A DNA stretch of 63,410 bases, filler included, from Phoronis australis (Eukaryota; Animalia; Phoronida), in the NCBI GenBank assembly GCA_002633005.1. It is 8 parts of 8 records of this genome, joined end to end, with 100 filler letters (N's around TTAATTAATTAA, not from the genome) between each part and the next. Parts side by side here need not be neighbours in the genome. Positions count along the whole stretch, not along the records: positions 46,318 to 61,499 come from NMRA01000116.1; 7 more parts are not named here. The stretch is one strand, 5' to 3'. The notes under the pieces were generated by a model. That model was given only the letters and a program-made list of their open reading frames with translations, was not told the DNA's origin and did not search any database. Every line of letters starts with the position of its first letter. Position 1 is the first letter of the stretch. This document shows positions 50,500 to 61,499 of the stretch, piece by piece. The translations under genes and the position numbers were made by a program.

Positions 50500-53179
50500 G
50501 TGTGTGGGGGCTTTTTGGACGCCTGTGATTTAAACTGTTGCTGTAGGAACTAAAATTGTTTTCTTGCTTCTTTAAAAGTGAAAGAAGTCGCCATAAAGGA
50601 TTTTAAATACTCAAAAGTCGAAGTCTTTAGGGTTCGGGACACGATTGTACGGTCTATGGCCATTTTTGCGTCGGTGACACGACCATCACCACCATATTCG
50701 TGACGTAATGCCGGGCAGGGCCGACAACGAGACGATGCGCGGCGCCGACCAAGCAAAGTTGCAAAAATTGACCTACCAAAAGAACAACCTTGATATGAAG
50801 TTGGCATTTTGCATTGGATTGGGGTTGCTGTGCACCCCGCCTTCGTCCATAGTCAACTGTTCGCCGTCATTCAACGTCTGATCTGAGGAAGAGTACACAC
50901 ACACACACTATTTCACCATCAGCTGGTCTGATTTCTGCTTGTTGTGTAACCGGAAATCGTGGAAGCACCCGTTTTCATTTTTTCGAAATCATGATAAAGA
51001 TACAATCTTTATTCTTTATGAAATCTATTGGATGAAATAATTAATTGTTTTCTAAAAATGCAACCAACTTAGTTTTTCAATCCAACAATAAAATATAGTA
51101 TGACGAAATGAGATAAATATAGCTCATTGCCATTGGTCTGACTATAATCCATGGTCTGACGTCTTTGACCAAAGTGTTCCCAGCATGCAATAGTTTTGCA
51201 CACCTGTAGTAGGTTAGCACACCTGTTAATACCACACGGTTCGCGAAAGTACATAGATAGTGTAGTTCCCGATAAGTTTAAAACATTTACATAAGCACCG
51301 TAGTGAAATGCAGTTGCGCTGCACAGTGCAGTGAGCAAATCGATCTGCCACGGGCATTTAAGTTGAGCGTGACCTTCAATGTTAGTGTAACCTACTCACA
51401 ATAGCCTGAGGTCATTCAAAGTACAGAGTTCAGAGGCTTAGCGCTTGCGGAACCAGCTAAACAACTTTACCCGATCAAGTAATCTATTTTTGACGTTAGT
51501 CTTAAGTTTATTTCACTGAGAGTCGTATTTTCTATCGTGACACTATGCCGCTATCATAGCACTCGATCGACGAGAAGTGCTAGTTTTCGTGATTTGTCAA
51601 ACGCCGGCGGAACGGCGTATGGTCAAAACAGTCTTGCCTCAGTCCTGAGAATGCCATATAATTACAAAACCTCCTGTTTGGTTTCCAACATCAGAGGAGA
51701 GCCAGTTTCAATTATTCGGGAATATTATCGTGATTTTTTTTCTGCCGGGACTAGTCTTCCCGGCTAAAAACCGCCTCTGAGGTACTAGTATCCAACTATT
51801 ATTACACCTAGGCTGACGATGGCCGGAGAAAAGACCGACCCGCGAAACGTCGTGACAGTGTATATAGACTAGAAGACGGTGTAAATAGACCAAGTGATTT
51901 TAATAATATTTTTTTCTGATTTAACTGTTAAGTTTTAGTGGCGCCAGCACGAAGTCATCTCCGGTGGTCTGAAAATTATAGGTTGCGTTTTTGTGTCTTT
52001 GTTGTCATTGCTGCAAGACGCGACCCCCGAAGGTCATTTTCCTCTCGCGGTAACTTGCAATGGATCTTTAGTTTCTTATATTCATGTTTACGTGCCGAAA
52101 GCTCAGGGAAATCGACTGATGGCGGCACTCGGCGGTTCTTTTTACAACAGAATTGACAGTTTTAGTGATGGAACCTTACTCGTGCCTCAAACACCAAAGT
52201 GCAATTTAAAGTAACCTCTAATTAAAGAAATTGATGTTTCGGGAAATTTTGACCTAGGTTGATGAAATTCGTTCAGTCCTGTATCATTTGGGGGAGATGC
52301 CAGACACCTGAAACTCGGCGGATACTCAATGAATCGAGGCATCTTACAGCGTCCTGTCGTTCAGTAACTTTTCCAGACGTGAGGGGTGCTGAACGTGCGA
52401 TAATATCTCATTTTTATCAGCCCACCCCAGTCAGGCTAGATACGATCTGATCGGAGATTAGAGCAAATTATCAAACAAAAGAGGACAGGCCCTCCAACCA
52501 TCAAGGCCAGAATGGAGTTAATTGGGTACGGGGGGTAAACTTCCCAACTTGTTTTTGGGCTATACCAAACGAACAAGTTGGGTGCAACGGGATGTCGCCG
52601 TCATGTTTTGACTGAACAGGCAGTTCACTTGGATCCTGTACCTTCAGTTAGCACTGACTAGTTAAGTGAACTTTCTCCAAAGTGGACCTAATAAAGTTCA
52701 TTTTTAAGAAAGGCACACTCATAGCAATGATAACTTGGTCGGTGATTTTAATGAAGCGGCTTTTTTGAAGTGAAAGCTTCAAAATTCACCTCAAAAAACG
52801 CTGTTAGAAATTCTAGATTACTCATTTAGTTTTGTTTCCAAGCCAAATTAACTCGCACAACTTAAGGTATTTTCTTTCATATAGCAGTCGTATTCGTCTA
52901 TCTACGGTACGCAATTAAAGCTACGTACGCTTATAAGGAAATCCTATATAATAGCGTTTTTTGAGATTGATCTGTAAGTATGAAAATTGGAAAGTTTCAA
53001 TGAAATTCAGTACAGTGCTGCTTTCGAGAACTCGTGTTCCCAAGTTCAAATTAAGTCGATTTACCGAACCCAAGAAAAAGCGGCAAACGTTACGAGTCGG
53101 CAAAATCTCTGGCTTTCCGATCACTATAATTGTAGAGTAAATGGACTTGACAGTTATGGGTTTCACCTTTTAGACATTA

Positions 53180-53333
53180 CATGGGCAGCGAAGAACTGGA
53201 AAAAAGTGGGGGAGCTAAAGCCTCCTCAGCCCTCCTGTGGCCGAGGTTCACCGCCTATAGACCACGTGCCGCGTAGCACTGAAAAAAGTGGGGCTATAGC
53301 CCCCCCAGCCCCCTATATGGTGCGCCGCCCATG
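53180..53333. mobile_element. MITE family C, perfect 5-bp TSD CATTA
   Basis: CATTA|CATGGGCAGCG...CGCCGCCCATG|CATTA. Confidence 0.88.
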
Positions 53334-53684
53334 CATTATTTCTGATTAATAGGTCTTTGTCTTTAGTGAGAGCTTTATGCATGCGACCACGTGACTCTAG
53401 TACAGTGACCTGCACGTGGTATTACCTTATTAGCTGTTTCAACGTTCTCTGGTACTGTCGACTGAATTTGCAATGTGTAATTAATTATCAATAAATCACT
53501 TTAATTTTGTAAGCCGTGTTTCTTAAGCCTCTAGTCAAACTAAGCCCGGCAATTGATATCGAGTCGGTGGTTAAAGTTAGCAGTGATCGCGAGATCACGG
53601 AAACAACAAAACGTCAAATTGGGGATGAACTTGAAATTAATGAATTTGGTCGAGGATGTAGAACCTCTCTTTTTCACAACTTGT

Positions 53685-54520
53685 GAGTAAGTTAGCAAGT
53701 AAGTAAAATGTTTATTTTCCATCGATACAGGAAAATACAAAACCAGAAAAAAACATAAGCATCAATGCTAGTTCACCGATCAACTATGATATATATTCAG
53801 ATATACAATGAGACATATACAAAGGTGCAGTAAGTGAGATACGTACAGTGAAATATATACAATGACAGTGATTTCTTACTTCATTTATAAAAGACGTAAT
53901 TATACATAAAGTGCAACTCTGACAGGTACATTCTTCAAGAAAATGACAGCGTACTGCTGAAAGTTACTACATCAGCACAACACCTAACATTGTTCGTTAA
54001 TTGGTTCCACAGTATAGCTCCATGTTGTTTAATAAAATTTGTCCCATAAGTTGTCGTATTGGACCTTGTAACCATCAAAAGACGTCAAAGGGTAGCTTCC
54101 GAATAATGAAAATTGCAATGGGCAAGGGCCAGTACCGTTTAAATGTTTGAACACTTCAATCCTAATAATTTCATTCTGGAAGTGAACACGGTGGCTGAGT
54201 TTACCCCTGATAACAATGCTGAATACGATCAGCTACAATCATCAGAGTCGCACCTTCAGGCGCGTTATTGCATTTTCTCTATTTTTCTAACCCCCTCCCC
54301 TGCAGGATACCGCACGTTCCAAACAAAGAGACAGTAGTTGAAAAAGGATATAACAAAGGCAAAATGTAGTTTCAACTTGGTTTCAATGTCTAACAAATGG
54401 TGAAGTCTAAAAACGATTGATATATACTTGGATGACTTGTTAACGATGTTACCAACACGAAAATGGAAACTGAGTTTGTCATCTACAATTAAAACACCTA
54501 AAAGCTTAACAGACCAGGGA
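53685..54520 (-). mobile_element. 3' fragment of a CR1/L2-group LINE
   Basis: Post-RT region VKLLGVLIVDDKLSF...RLHHLLDIETKLKLHFAFVISFFNYCLFVW...KIEKMQ*RA; downstream AATAAA (53716-53711) followed by a (TTAC)n-like tail. Confidence 0.8.
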
Positions 54521-55538
54521 CACGCTAAATTGGTACGACCAACGGTCAAGTAATTTGCTTGTTGACTCGTGGGTTTTCTACTGAAAACAATTGCCCGTTT
54601 TTTTTTCTCTATTCGCATACATTTGGTTGGGAACCTCAATGAAATTGTAGAAGGAACGAAATTTGAGAAAATCCAGCGGTCTCTACGCTTTGCGTTCAAT
54701 GACTCGGCATCCTCCTGTCTCTCAGTCAGACCAAACTATTTACCATAAATCTCAATACGTCAACGTAATTTATACCTGTCAGTAGTTAGAGCCAGTACAT
54801 CTGCAGTCTTGGCCATGTCAGTGATTTCTCCCAATCCTTCATTTTAATATGACAAAGTTTGTTTATTAGAGCTTGAAATACCAAAAGTAAAAATATGGAA
54901 CGACCTTCCAAATAATCTGAAAGCAGCCTTGAGCATTCATGACTGAAAAACTATCCTGGAAGAAGTTCGAGAATCTGTGCACGTGCAATTGTGATTTCTG
55001 TATGGTCGTTCTTTAGTGTATAGTATGTCTTAGTTAAAAACTTTGTTTCTAGGAAAAAGTTGTAACTCTAGTTGTAACCCTTATTTATTATGTCATCTTT
55101 TTGTAAACATTTCTTCTGCCAAGTCTTCGTACACATCTTTGTTCATTATTTATAATTTTTATCGGAAACTAGCATTCTCTGCCAATGTTTGTTGTTGTAA
55201 CCCTGCATCCGACATACACTTAAACTATATTGTATTCTATTTTACATTTAACCAATCTAAAGCAATCCACGTGATCATGTTCAACGAGACTCGGACTCGA
55301 TGCATTCGTTCGTAACGGTCGCAGGTACGCAGACGAACAACTCCCTCATGATCAAAACTGGCATTTAATCCTGAAAGTTTCAGCGGCATCTTGCTATGCA
55401 ATGTACACCTCGTTGACCCAATATCATGGCGAGTGACAGCTCTGAAACCTTTGAGCTTGTATAAGTAGGAAACAAATTTCCACGCAGTTGAAGGTGGTTC
55501 TGCAAATTTTTCCATCTCCGAAGTCCGCTCTCAGGAGG

Positions 55539-55865
55539 CAGGGGCGGATCCAGGATTCTGAGTAAGAGGGGGGAGGGGCAGGGCACAGGAATAACCAGAG
55601 TTTCGCCACATGCGCGTGCCCAGCCTAAAATTTAGGGATGAAGGGGTCTCGAATTTTTGGGTTTGCGAACATTATTACTAAAAAAAATCGATAAATAAAC
55701 GGGGTTTGTTCAAGGCCTTGCATTGTGCACTCGCCTCCCGAGCCCCCTTGGGTGCACGCATGTCTTTAGTGCTAGTCAGCAATTCGCACCACGAACTGCC
55801 AAATGGCATCTGGGAAAATTTTAGGGTGGGGCATGGCCCCTTACCCTCCCCTAAATCCGCCACTG
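55539..55865. mobile_element. MITE family B, 327 bp, TSD GGAGG/AGAGG
   Basis: CAGGGGCGGATCCAGG...CCTAAATCCGCCACTG. Confidence 0.8.
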
Positions 55866-56160
55866 AGAGGATTCGTGATTGGCGACGGTCATGGGAGAAG
55901 GGAGTAGTGGCGAGAAAGAGGAATCCGAAATTTAGGAATGCGGGAGGGGGGGAACTTTCGGGAATAGAAAATCATATAAGCGTGTCTTACCCAAATATAT
56001 TGTTTAATCTTCGATCTATGTGCTTGCGCCAACCGTCGGTCGTGTCCAGACGATCAAACGAACATGCACTTAAGGGTATCAGACATCGTACATCTGCATT
56101 ATAAGCATCACGACGATAAAGACTTGCGTCAAAAGTTCAGTCTTGGCAATCCTATACTGC

Positions 56161-56348
56161 ATGAAACAGTGGAAGAAGAAACGAAACAATGCAAGTGGAA
56201 ATGAAACAATGCAAGTAGAAATGAAACAATGCAAGTGGAAATGAACCAGTGCAAGTGGAAATGAACCAATGCAAGTGGAAATGAAACAGTGCAAGTGGAA
56301 ATGAAACAGTGCAAGTGAAAATGAAACAGTGCAAGTGGAAATGAAACA
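56161..56348. repeat. 20-bp minisatellite (ATGAAACAGTGCAAGTGGAA), about 9 copies
   Basis: Seen directly; explains the HCFISTC ORFs. Confidence 0.95.
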
Positions 56349-58100
56349 CTAATTAGAGATACTCTTTGCGCTTCATTTTAGTTAAAAAATTAGTAAAACA
56401 GATTTTATTGCAAGTTAGATCAATCAAAACTAGGCACATAAGTCCAAATATTTTCGATTGACTGAATTCGACAAGAATTTTTAGTTTCGTTTTTACTTCT
56501 GGTTGTGCACCACCACCTAAATGATGGCCGCGGCCGCATTGATATCTTTCACCTGATGAAACTCGTCCTATGTCACGAACACTAACTGGGTTTGTAAAGT
56601 TCTTTTTCGGCCAATAATTAAGGTAAGACTAATACTATTCCGGCCATAGAAAAATGAATTCCAAAATGCCGTGGATGACTCGTTCTGCTCTTGTGACGAG
56701 AAAATTAAGCTCGGACCCCATAACGGCTAAATACCACACTGTTTTGTCAGTCGCCTGTCAGATCTGGCTATGGGAGTACCCCTCGAACTGGATTCGATGT
56801 CACCACTAGAGCTGGATATAGGAGTCGGTCGCAGTCAGCCCTTTCCAAAATTGACTATTTTCTGGGCAGGGTCTGAGAAAAGCGTCCGCTCGACTTCCAT
56901 AACCGGGGTGAACTAAATACAATCCTCATCCAATCGCTGGAATGTCACAGTGCGCTTGTGTTTTACACTCGCCGTGAATTACAAGAGCTCGCTATTAAGG
57001 TTTTATATGGTTTGCACATTTTACGTTAGTGTCTTTACATGCCTTATTTACGGTAGTGTCTTTACATGCCTTATTTAAGATCGAGTGCAATTTCAGCTGA
57101 ACCAACTAACGACTCTGAGACTCAGCCGCGAGTGCGCCTTGCGCTCTAGGGTAGAATTCAATAGGCTTCTGGCGGCGAGAAAAATCTTGCCAAAATCAAG
57201 TGATCTCTTTGAAAATTCAGCAGATTGTCGCGTAATCTCTTGAAGTCTTGCTTTTCTGGCGAGTTCCTAGCGTTCAGTGAACTCTCAGTACTCAACTTAG
57301 CTGCCAAATTCTGCGGCAAGTGATTGTTCTTTTGTTGTGTTTATTGATCTCTCAATTTCTCGCGAGCATTAATGCATGATGGGGGAACTAAATTTAAATC
57401 TTGTAAACAGAGTTCAATTGTTTCTTTTCTAGTTTAGTTTTTATAACCTGTTCAAAATGAATATATTTGGTCGTGAAAATGTTGGTGTTCTTCCAGGCAA
57501 AGCACAGAGAAGTTTTTTACGAGCATCAAAGGGTAAGTCATGATTAGAAAAAGCAAAACTTGTCTCGCGCATGGGTCACCCAATTTGTCACCCGACGAAG
57601 GCGATAGTGGGCCTGGCTAGGGTCACAGGCGTCCTCAGCTTCAGGACGCATGTGGCTAGTGTCTGATGTCACCAAGTCACCCAGACACGCTTCACAAGGT
57701 TGTTAAACCGTGAAACGCAATTTTCCCAAATATAGCGAGGTCCTAGCGAACTTGAACCTGGTGACCACTGGCGCTGCCAGACTTTCAAAAACACACTTGT
57801 TGTCTTGAGTTGAGGACGACGTGTCCCGACTTGCCATGTTTTCACATCACAACCACACCTATGTTGTATTACAGCAGGTTCACTAGTTAGGCCTCTAGAA
57901 GTACTCACCAGTTAAAACACAGCTATTCAAGCTTCAGGTAAAACCCAATCCAGGTGCCCATCCCTGACATCCTGATTGCTTGCTGAAAGACTGCCAGCAG
58001 GGTTCCCGCCAGCAGTTTAAATAAAACAAGCATCCGGGGAACCATAAAACTGACAAATCACAAGACACCACAGAAAGATAAAGGGCGAATGATTACAACA

Positions 58101-58113
58101 TTCCCCTCCTCCC
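58101..58113 (-). promoter_or_regulatory. Polypurine tract
   Basis: GGGAGGAGGGGAA immediately before the 3' LTR on the minus strand. Confidence 0.85.
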
Positions 58114-58737
58114 TAAAGTGTGGGGCCCACCTGGGAATCAACATCATTCGCCAGATACAAAAAACTTCCCAAAAATTTAACCATATCCCCCCTTACCGAA
58201 AATAAAGCCACTCCTAAATAGAGTGTTAGAATGACAAGGACAGTTCCCCTAGAAGCAGTGAATAACGCACACAGGTTAAATATAGAAGTACCAAAAATAA
58301 TAAAAAGAGTTCAGAATGCCAGCACATCCCAAACACATGAAGTAACTCATAAAGAGAAAACCTAGCAGGATCCCAACCCACCCCCCTGGGCGGGAGAGCA
58401 GTCACCTAATGGAAAAAGTTCTCGCTAGGGAGACTCCCCGGACTTGTAGCTGCAAAAGGGTATAGGACACGTGCATTTCTAGTGGAGTTATCAAAATAAA
58501 CCCTGCACTACCATGATACACGCATGCTACCCTTAATTGCTACTAGAGTATTACATTTTGACGTGCTTTGGGTGGAGGCCGGGCAGACATATTCCAACCC
58601 AAAGGGAACGCCTTGGACGCAGACCTAAAATGGATTGGTTCACAGAGAACTGTGACTGACCCTCCATTAAACATAGGCCTCCTGGCAACTGGGACGGACA
58701 TGAAAGTACCGCACCCAGGTTAACCACGCACTAGGAC

Positions 58738-59161
58738 TATGATAATAAATAGGGGCTCTAGTTGTAGGGAGAAGGTATTAGCTCCATGAAATGGTGTCCA
58801 ATGACATAACCAAAACACTGCCTAAGCCTAGACTCCCCAACTACACGGACATAATAAATAAATAAATATCAGGGTTATGATAATAAATAAGGGACTTAGT
58901 TGTAGTGAGAAAGTATTAGGTCAAGGGAATGGTGTTCAATTCAATGACACAACCAAAACACTGTCTAAGCCTAAACTCATCAACTACAAGGACGTAAATA
59001 ATAAATAAATAAATAAATATCAGGGTTATGATAATAAATAAGGGACTTAGTTGTAGTGAGAAAGTATTAGGTCAATGGAATGGTGTTCAATTCAATGACA
59101 TAACCAAAACATTGCCTATAAGACTCACCAACTACAAGGACGCAATAAATAAATAAATATC
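58738..59161. repeat. Three tandem ~140-150-bp units inside the LTR element, each ending in (TAAA)n
   Basis: Units start at 58738, 58876 and 59027. Confidence 0.9.
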
Positions 59162-59335
59162 CAAAACCCAAAGGATAAAAACCCAGTTAAACCACCAACA
59201 ACCCCAAGAGACCACTTGGCCACCGCACCAGCAACCCGCTAGCACGATACCACTCCCCTATCCAACCTTCCCCCCGGACCTACGGCAAAGGTTTTCAAGA
59301 AAAGTGGTTGAATACTCCTAGAAAAACCTAACCAG

Positions 59336-59349
59336 TGCCGACTACGCCA
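59336..59349 (-). promoter_or_regulatory. Primer-binding site complementary to the tRNA-Ser 3' end
   Basis: TGGCGTAGTCGGCA 2 nt inside the 5' LTR; metazoan tRNA-Ser(AGA/TGA) ends ...TGCCGACTACG-CCA. Confidence 0.85.
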
Positions 59350-60599
59350 ATTGTTGTATTACAGCAGGTTCACTAGTTAGGCCTCTAGAAGTACTCACCA
59401 GTTAAAACACAGCTATTCAAGCTTCAGGTAAAACCCAATCCAGGTGCCCATCCCTGACATCCTGAGTACTTGCTGAAAGACTGCCAGCAGGGTTCCCGCC
59501 AGCAGTTTAAATAAAACAAGCATCCCGGGAACCATAAAACTGACAAATCAAAGACACCACAGAAAGATAAAGGGCGGATGATATTGACGATTACAACACC
59601 TATCAAATTGTAAATTAACTGTAGTTGATCTGCACTCTGTAGAACTAGAAGAATTCTGTAAATGAAAAAGATGAACACATATTTGTCTTCAAAAACTTCA
59701 GGTGGACTTTAAAATTTGTCTTGACATGAGGTAGGCTTAAAGTGTTCTAAGTCAAGATTAGGCAGTCTAGGAGTCTAGGACTACGTATGTCTAAGTAGGG
59801 AGTCCATGTGCTGAACCTGTGTATCGTATCTAATAATATCTATACATGATTGAATTACAGATTCATGGTTTTATTTGTTGACTATGAGCAAACTGTCCAC
59901 TTGCATGGCCTGGGTTCCTGTCAGTGGATTGATAAACAAATTAAGTATTGGAGTGGAAACAGTTACATGTGAATATTAGGATTGGGTATAATTAATACAC
60001 TGACAAAACTGCAATTATCTCCCTAAATCTTTTTTGTCTTAAATATGCAAGTTACAGGTCGTGGCTGCATGACCAAAAAAGTTGCGACTTTGACCGTAAC
60101 AAAATGTAGAATGTCCTTGTGAACGGATGATTTTCAGCATGTGTCCTCACTGGTAATTGGATTGGGCATAAGCAATTTTTATTAAATGCTCAAAAATACA
60201 AGAGGAAATGTAAAATGTGAGTAGAAAATTGGCCTTGCTCGTATCACTTGAGGGTGGCGAGCAGATGTTGAGGGAGGGGTTTGTTTTGGTCACCATTTCT
60301 ATGAGCCCAAAATACGGAATACAAGTGCAAATGTGCTTTCACTTGTATTTCCGAGCAGACATTTCCGCCTGTGTGGAGTGCTGTAACAGGGCTTAATTTA
60401 ACTTAAATGCAAGCTTAAAAGGGCATAGTTTATTGTCAGGTAAGTCTAAAGTTGCTCGTCTTTCTGGTTTTCGGTATATTTTCACTCAAAAGTTATAAAC
60501 CAGTTCCCCACGACAACAAGCGGTTGACAAGTTACCCATGAAGGTCACCATCGCTGCCCCAGGGGGAGCACGGATGGGCCAACTTTACAAGTTGTTTTA

Positions 60600-60835
60600 A
60601 CTCACCGCATTGTGTAATATGCCTCAACTGTGTGGCTCACTGTATTGCTACATGTGTAATATGGCTCACCTGTCACACAGCATATTGCTGTGTGTATTGG
60701 CTCACATGCGTGACACACTGTATTGCTGTGTGTAATGTGGCTCACCTGTATGACACACCATATTGCTGTGTGTAATATAGCTCACTTGTGTAATTCACTG
60801 TCCTCGCTGTGTGCAATTTGACTCACCTGTGTCAA
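60600..60835. repeat. Degenerate ~39-bp tandem repeat (TATTGCTGTGTGTAATATGGCTCACCTGT core)
   Basis: About 6 diverged copies. Confidence 0.75.
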
Positions 60836-61029
60836 GTTAGGAAAAAAACAAGGAATTTAAAATCATGGAAAATTAAACCATCTGTAAATTACAACCTCAG
60901 GTAATGCACTTAAAGTATATGATATGGCTCTCAAGTGAAATTCTATTTTAGCATATTTCACTACAAAATTAGAAATTATAAGCACGGTTTGTATGGTGCA
61001 GATGTCATACAACAGCTTTTGAAAATTTT

Positions 61030-61499
61030 CAATGGTTTTCAGTACAGTGTGCCCTGACAGTAATCAATGGTTTACAGTACAATGTAGCTGCCCAGAAAGT
61101 AATACATGGTTTACAGGACAGTAGGACATGACAGTAATCCATGGTTCTCCATACAGTAGGTCTTGACAGTAACCCATGGTTTACAGTGCAGTAAGCACTG
61201 ACAGTAATCCATGGTTTACAGTACAGTGGGCCCTGATAGTAATCCATGGTTTACAGTACAGTAGACCGTGACAGTAATCCATGGTTTACAGTGCAGTAAG
61301 CACTGACAGTAATCCATGGTTTACAGTACAATAAGCCCTGAAAGTAATGTGTGGTTTATAAGACAGTAGGACATTCATTGACAGTAATCCATGGTTCACA
61401 GTACAGTAGGTCTTGACAGTAATCCATGGTTTACAGTGCAGTAAGCACTGACAGTAATCCATGGTTTACAGTACAGTAGGCCCTGATAGTAATCCATGG
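61030..61499. repeat. 35-bp minisatellite (GACAGTAATCCATGGTTTACAGTRCAGTA...), about 13 copies, runs into contig end
   Basis: Period 35 (for example 61165 to 61200). Confidence 0.95.

Larger units (their letters stand above)
57862..59598 (-). mobile_element. Complete non-autonomous LTR retroelement (TRIM-like, probably Gypsy-derived), 1737 bp
   Basis: LTRs 57862-58100 (239 bp) and 59352-59598 (247 bp), TGTTGTA...TACAACA ends, 4 substitutions and 2 indels apart; 4-bp TSD CCTA; PBS and PPT in the correct places on the minus strand; no gag/pol ORF. Confidence 0.95.

Noticed and set aside
52543-52582. Short hairpin CCCAACTTGTT...AACAAGTTGGG
   Set aside because: Isolated and too short for a pre-miRNA; no context to assign a function.
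56079-56349. His/Cys-rich repetitive ORFs
   Set aside because: Produced by the 20-bp minisatellite.
61030-61499. CRISPR-like look of the 35-bp array
   Set aside because: Units are contiguous with no unique spacers, no cas genes, eukaryotic context.
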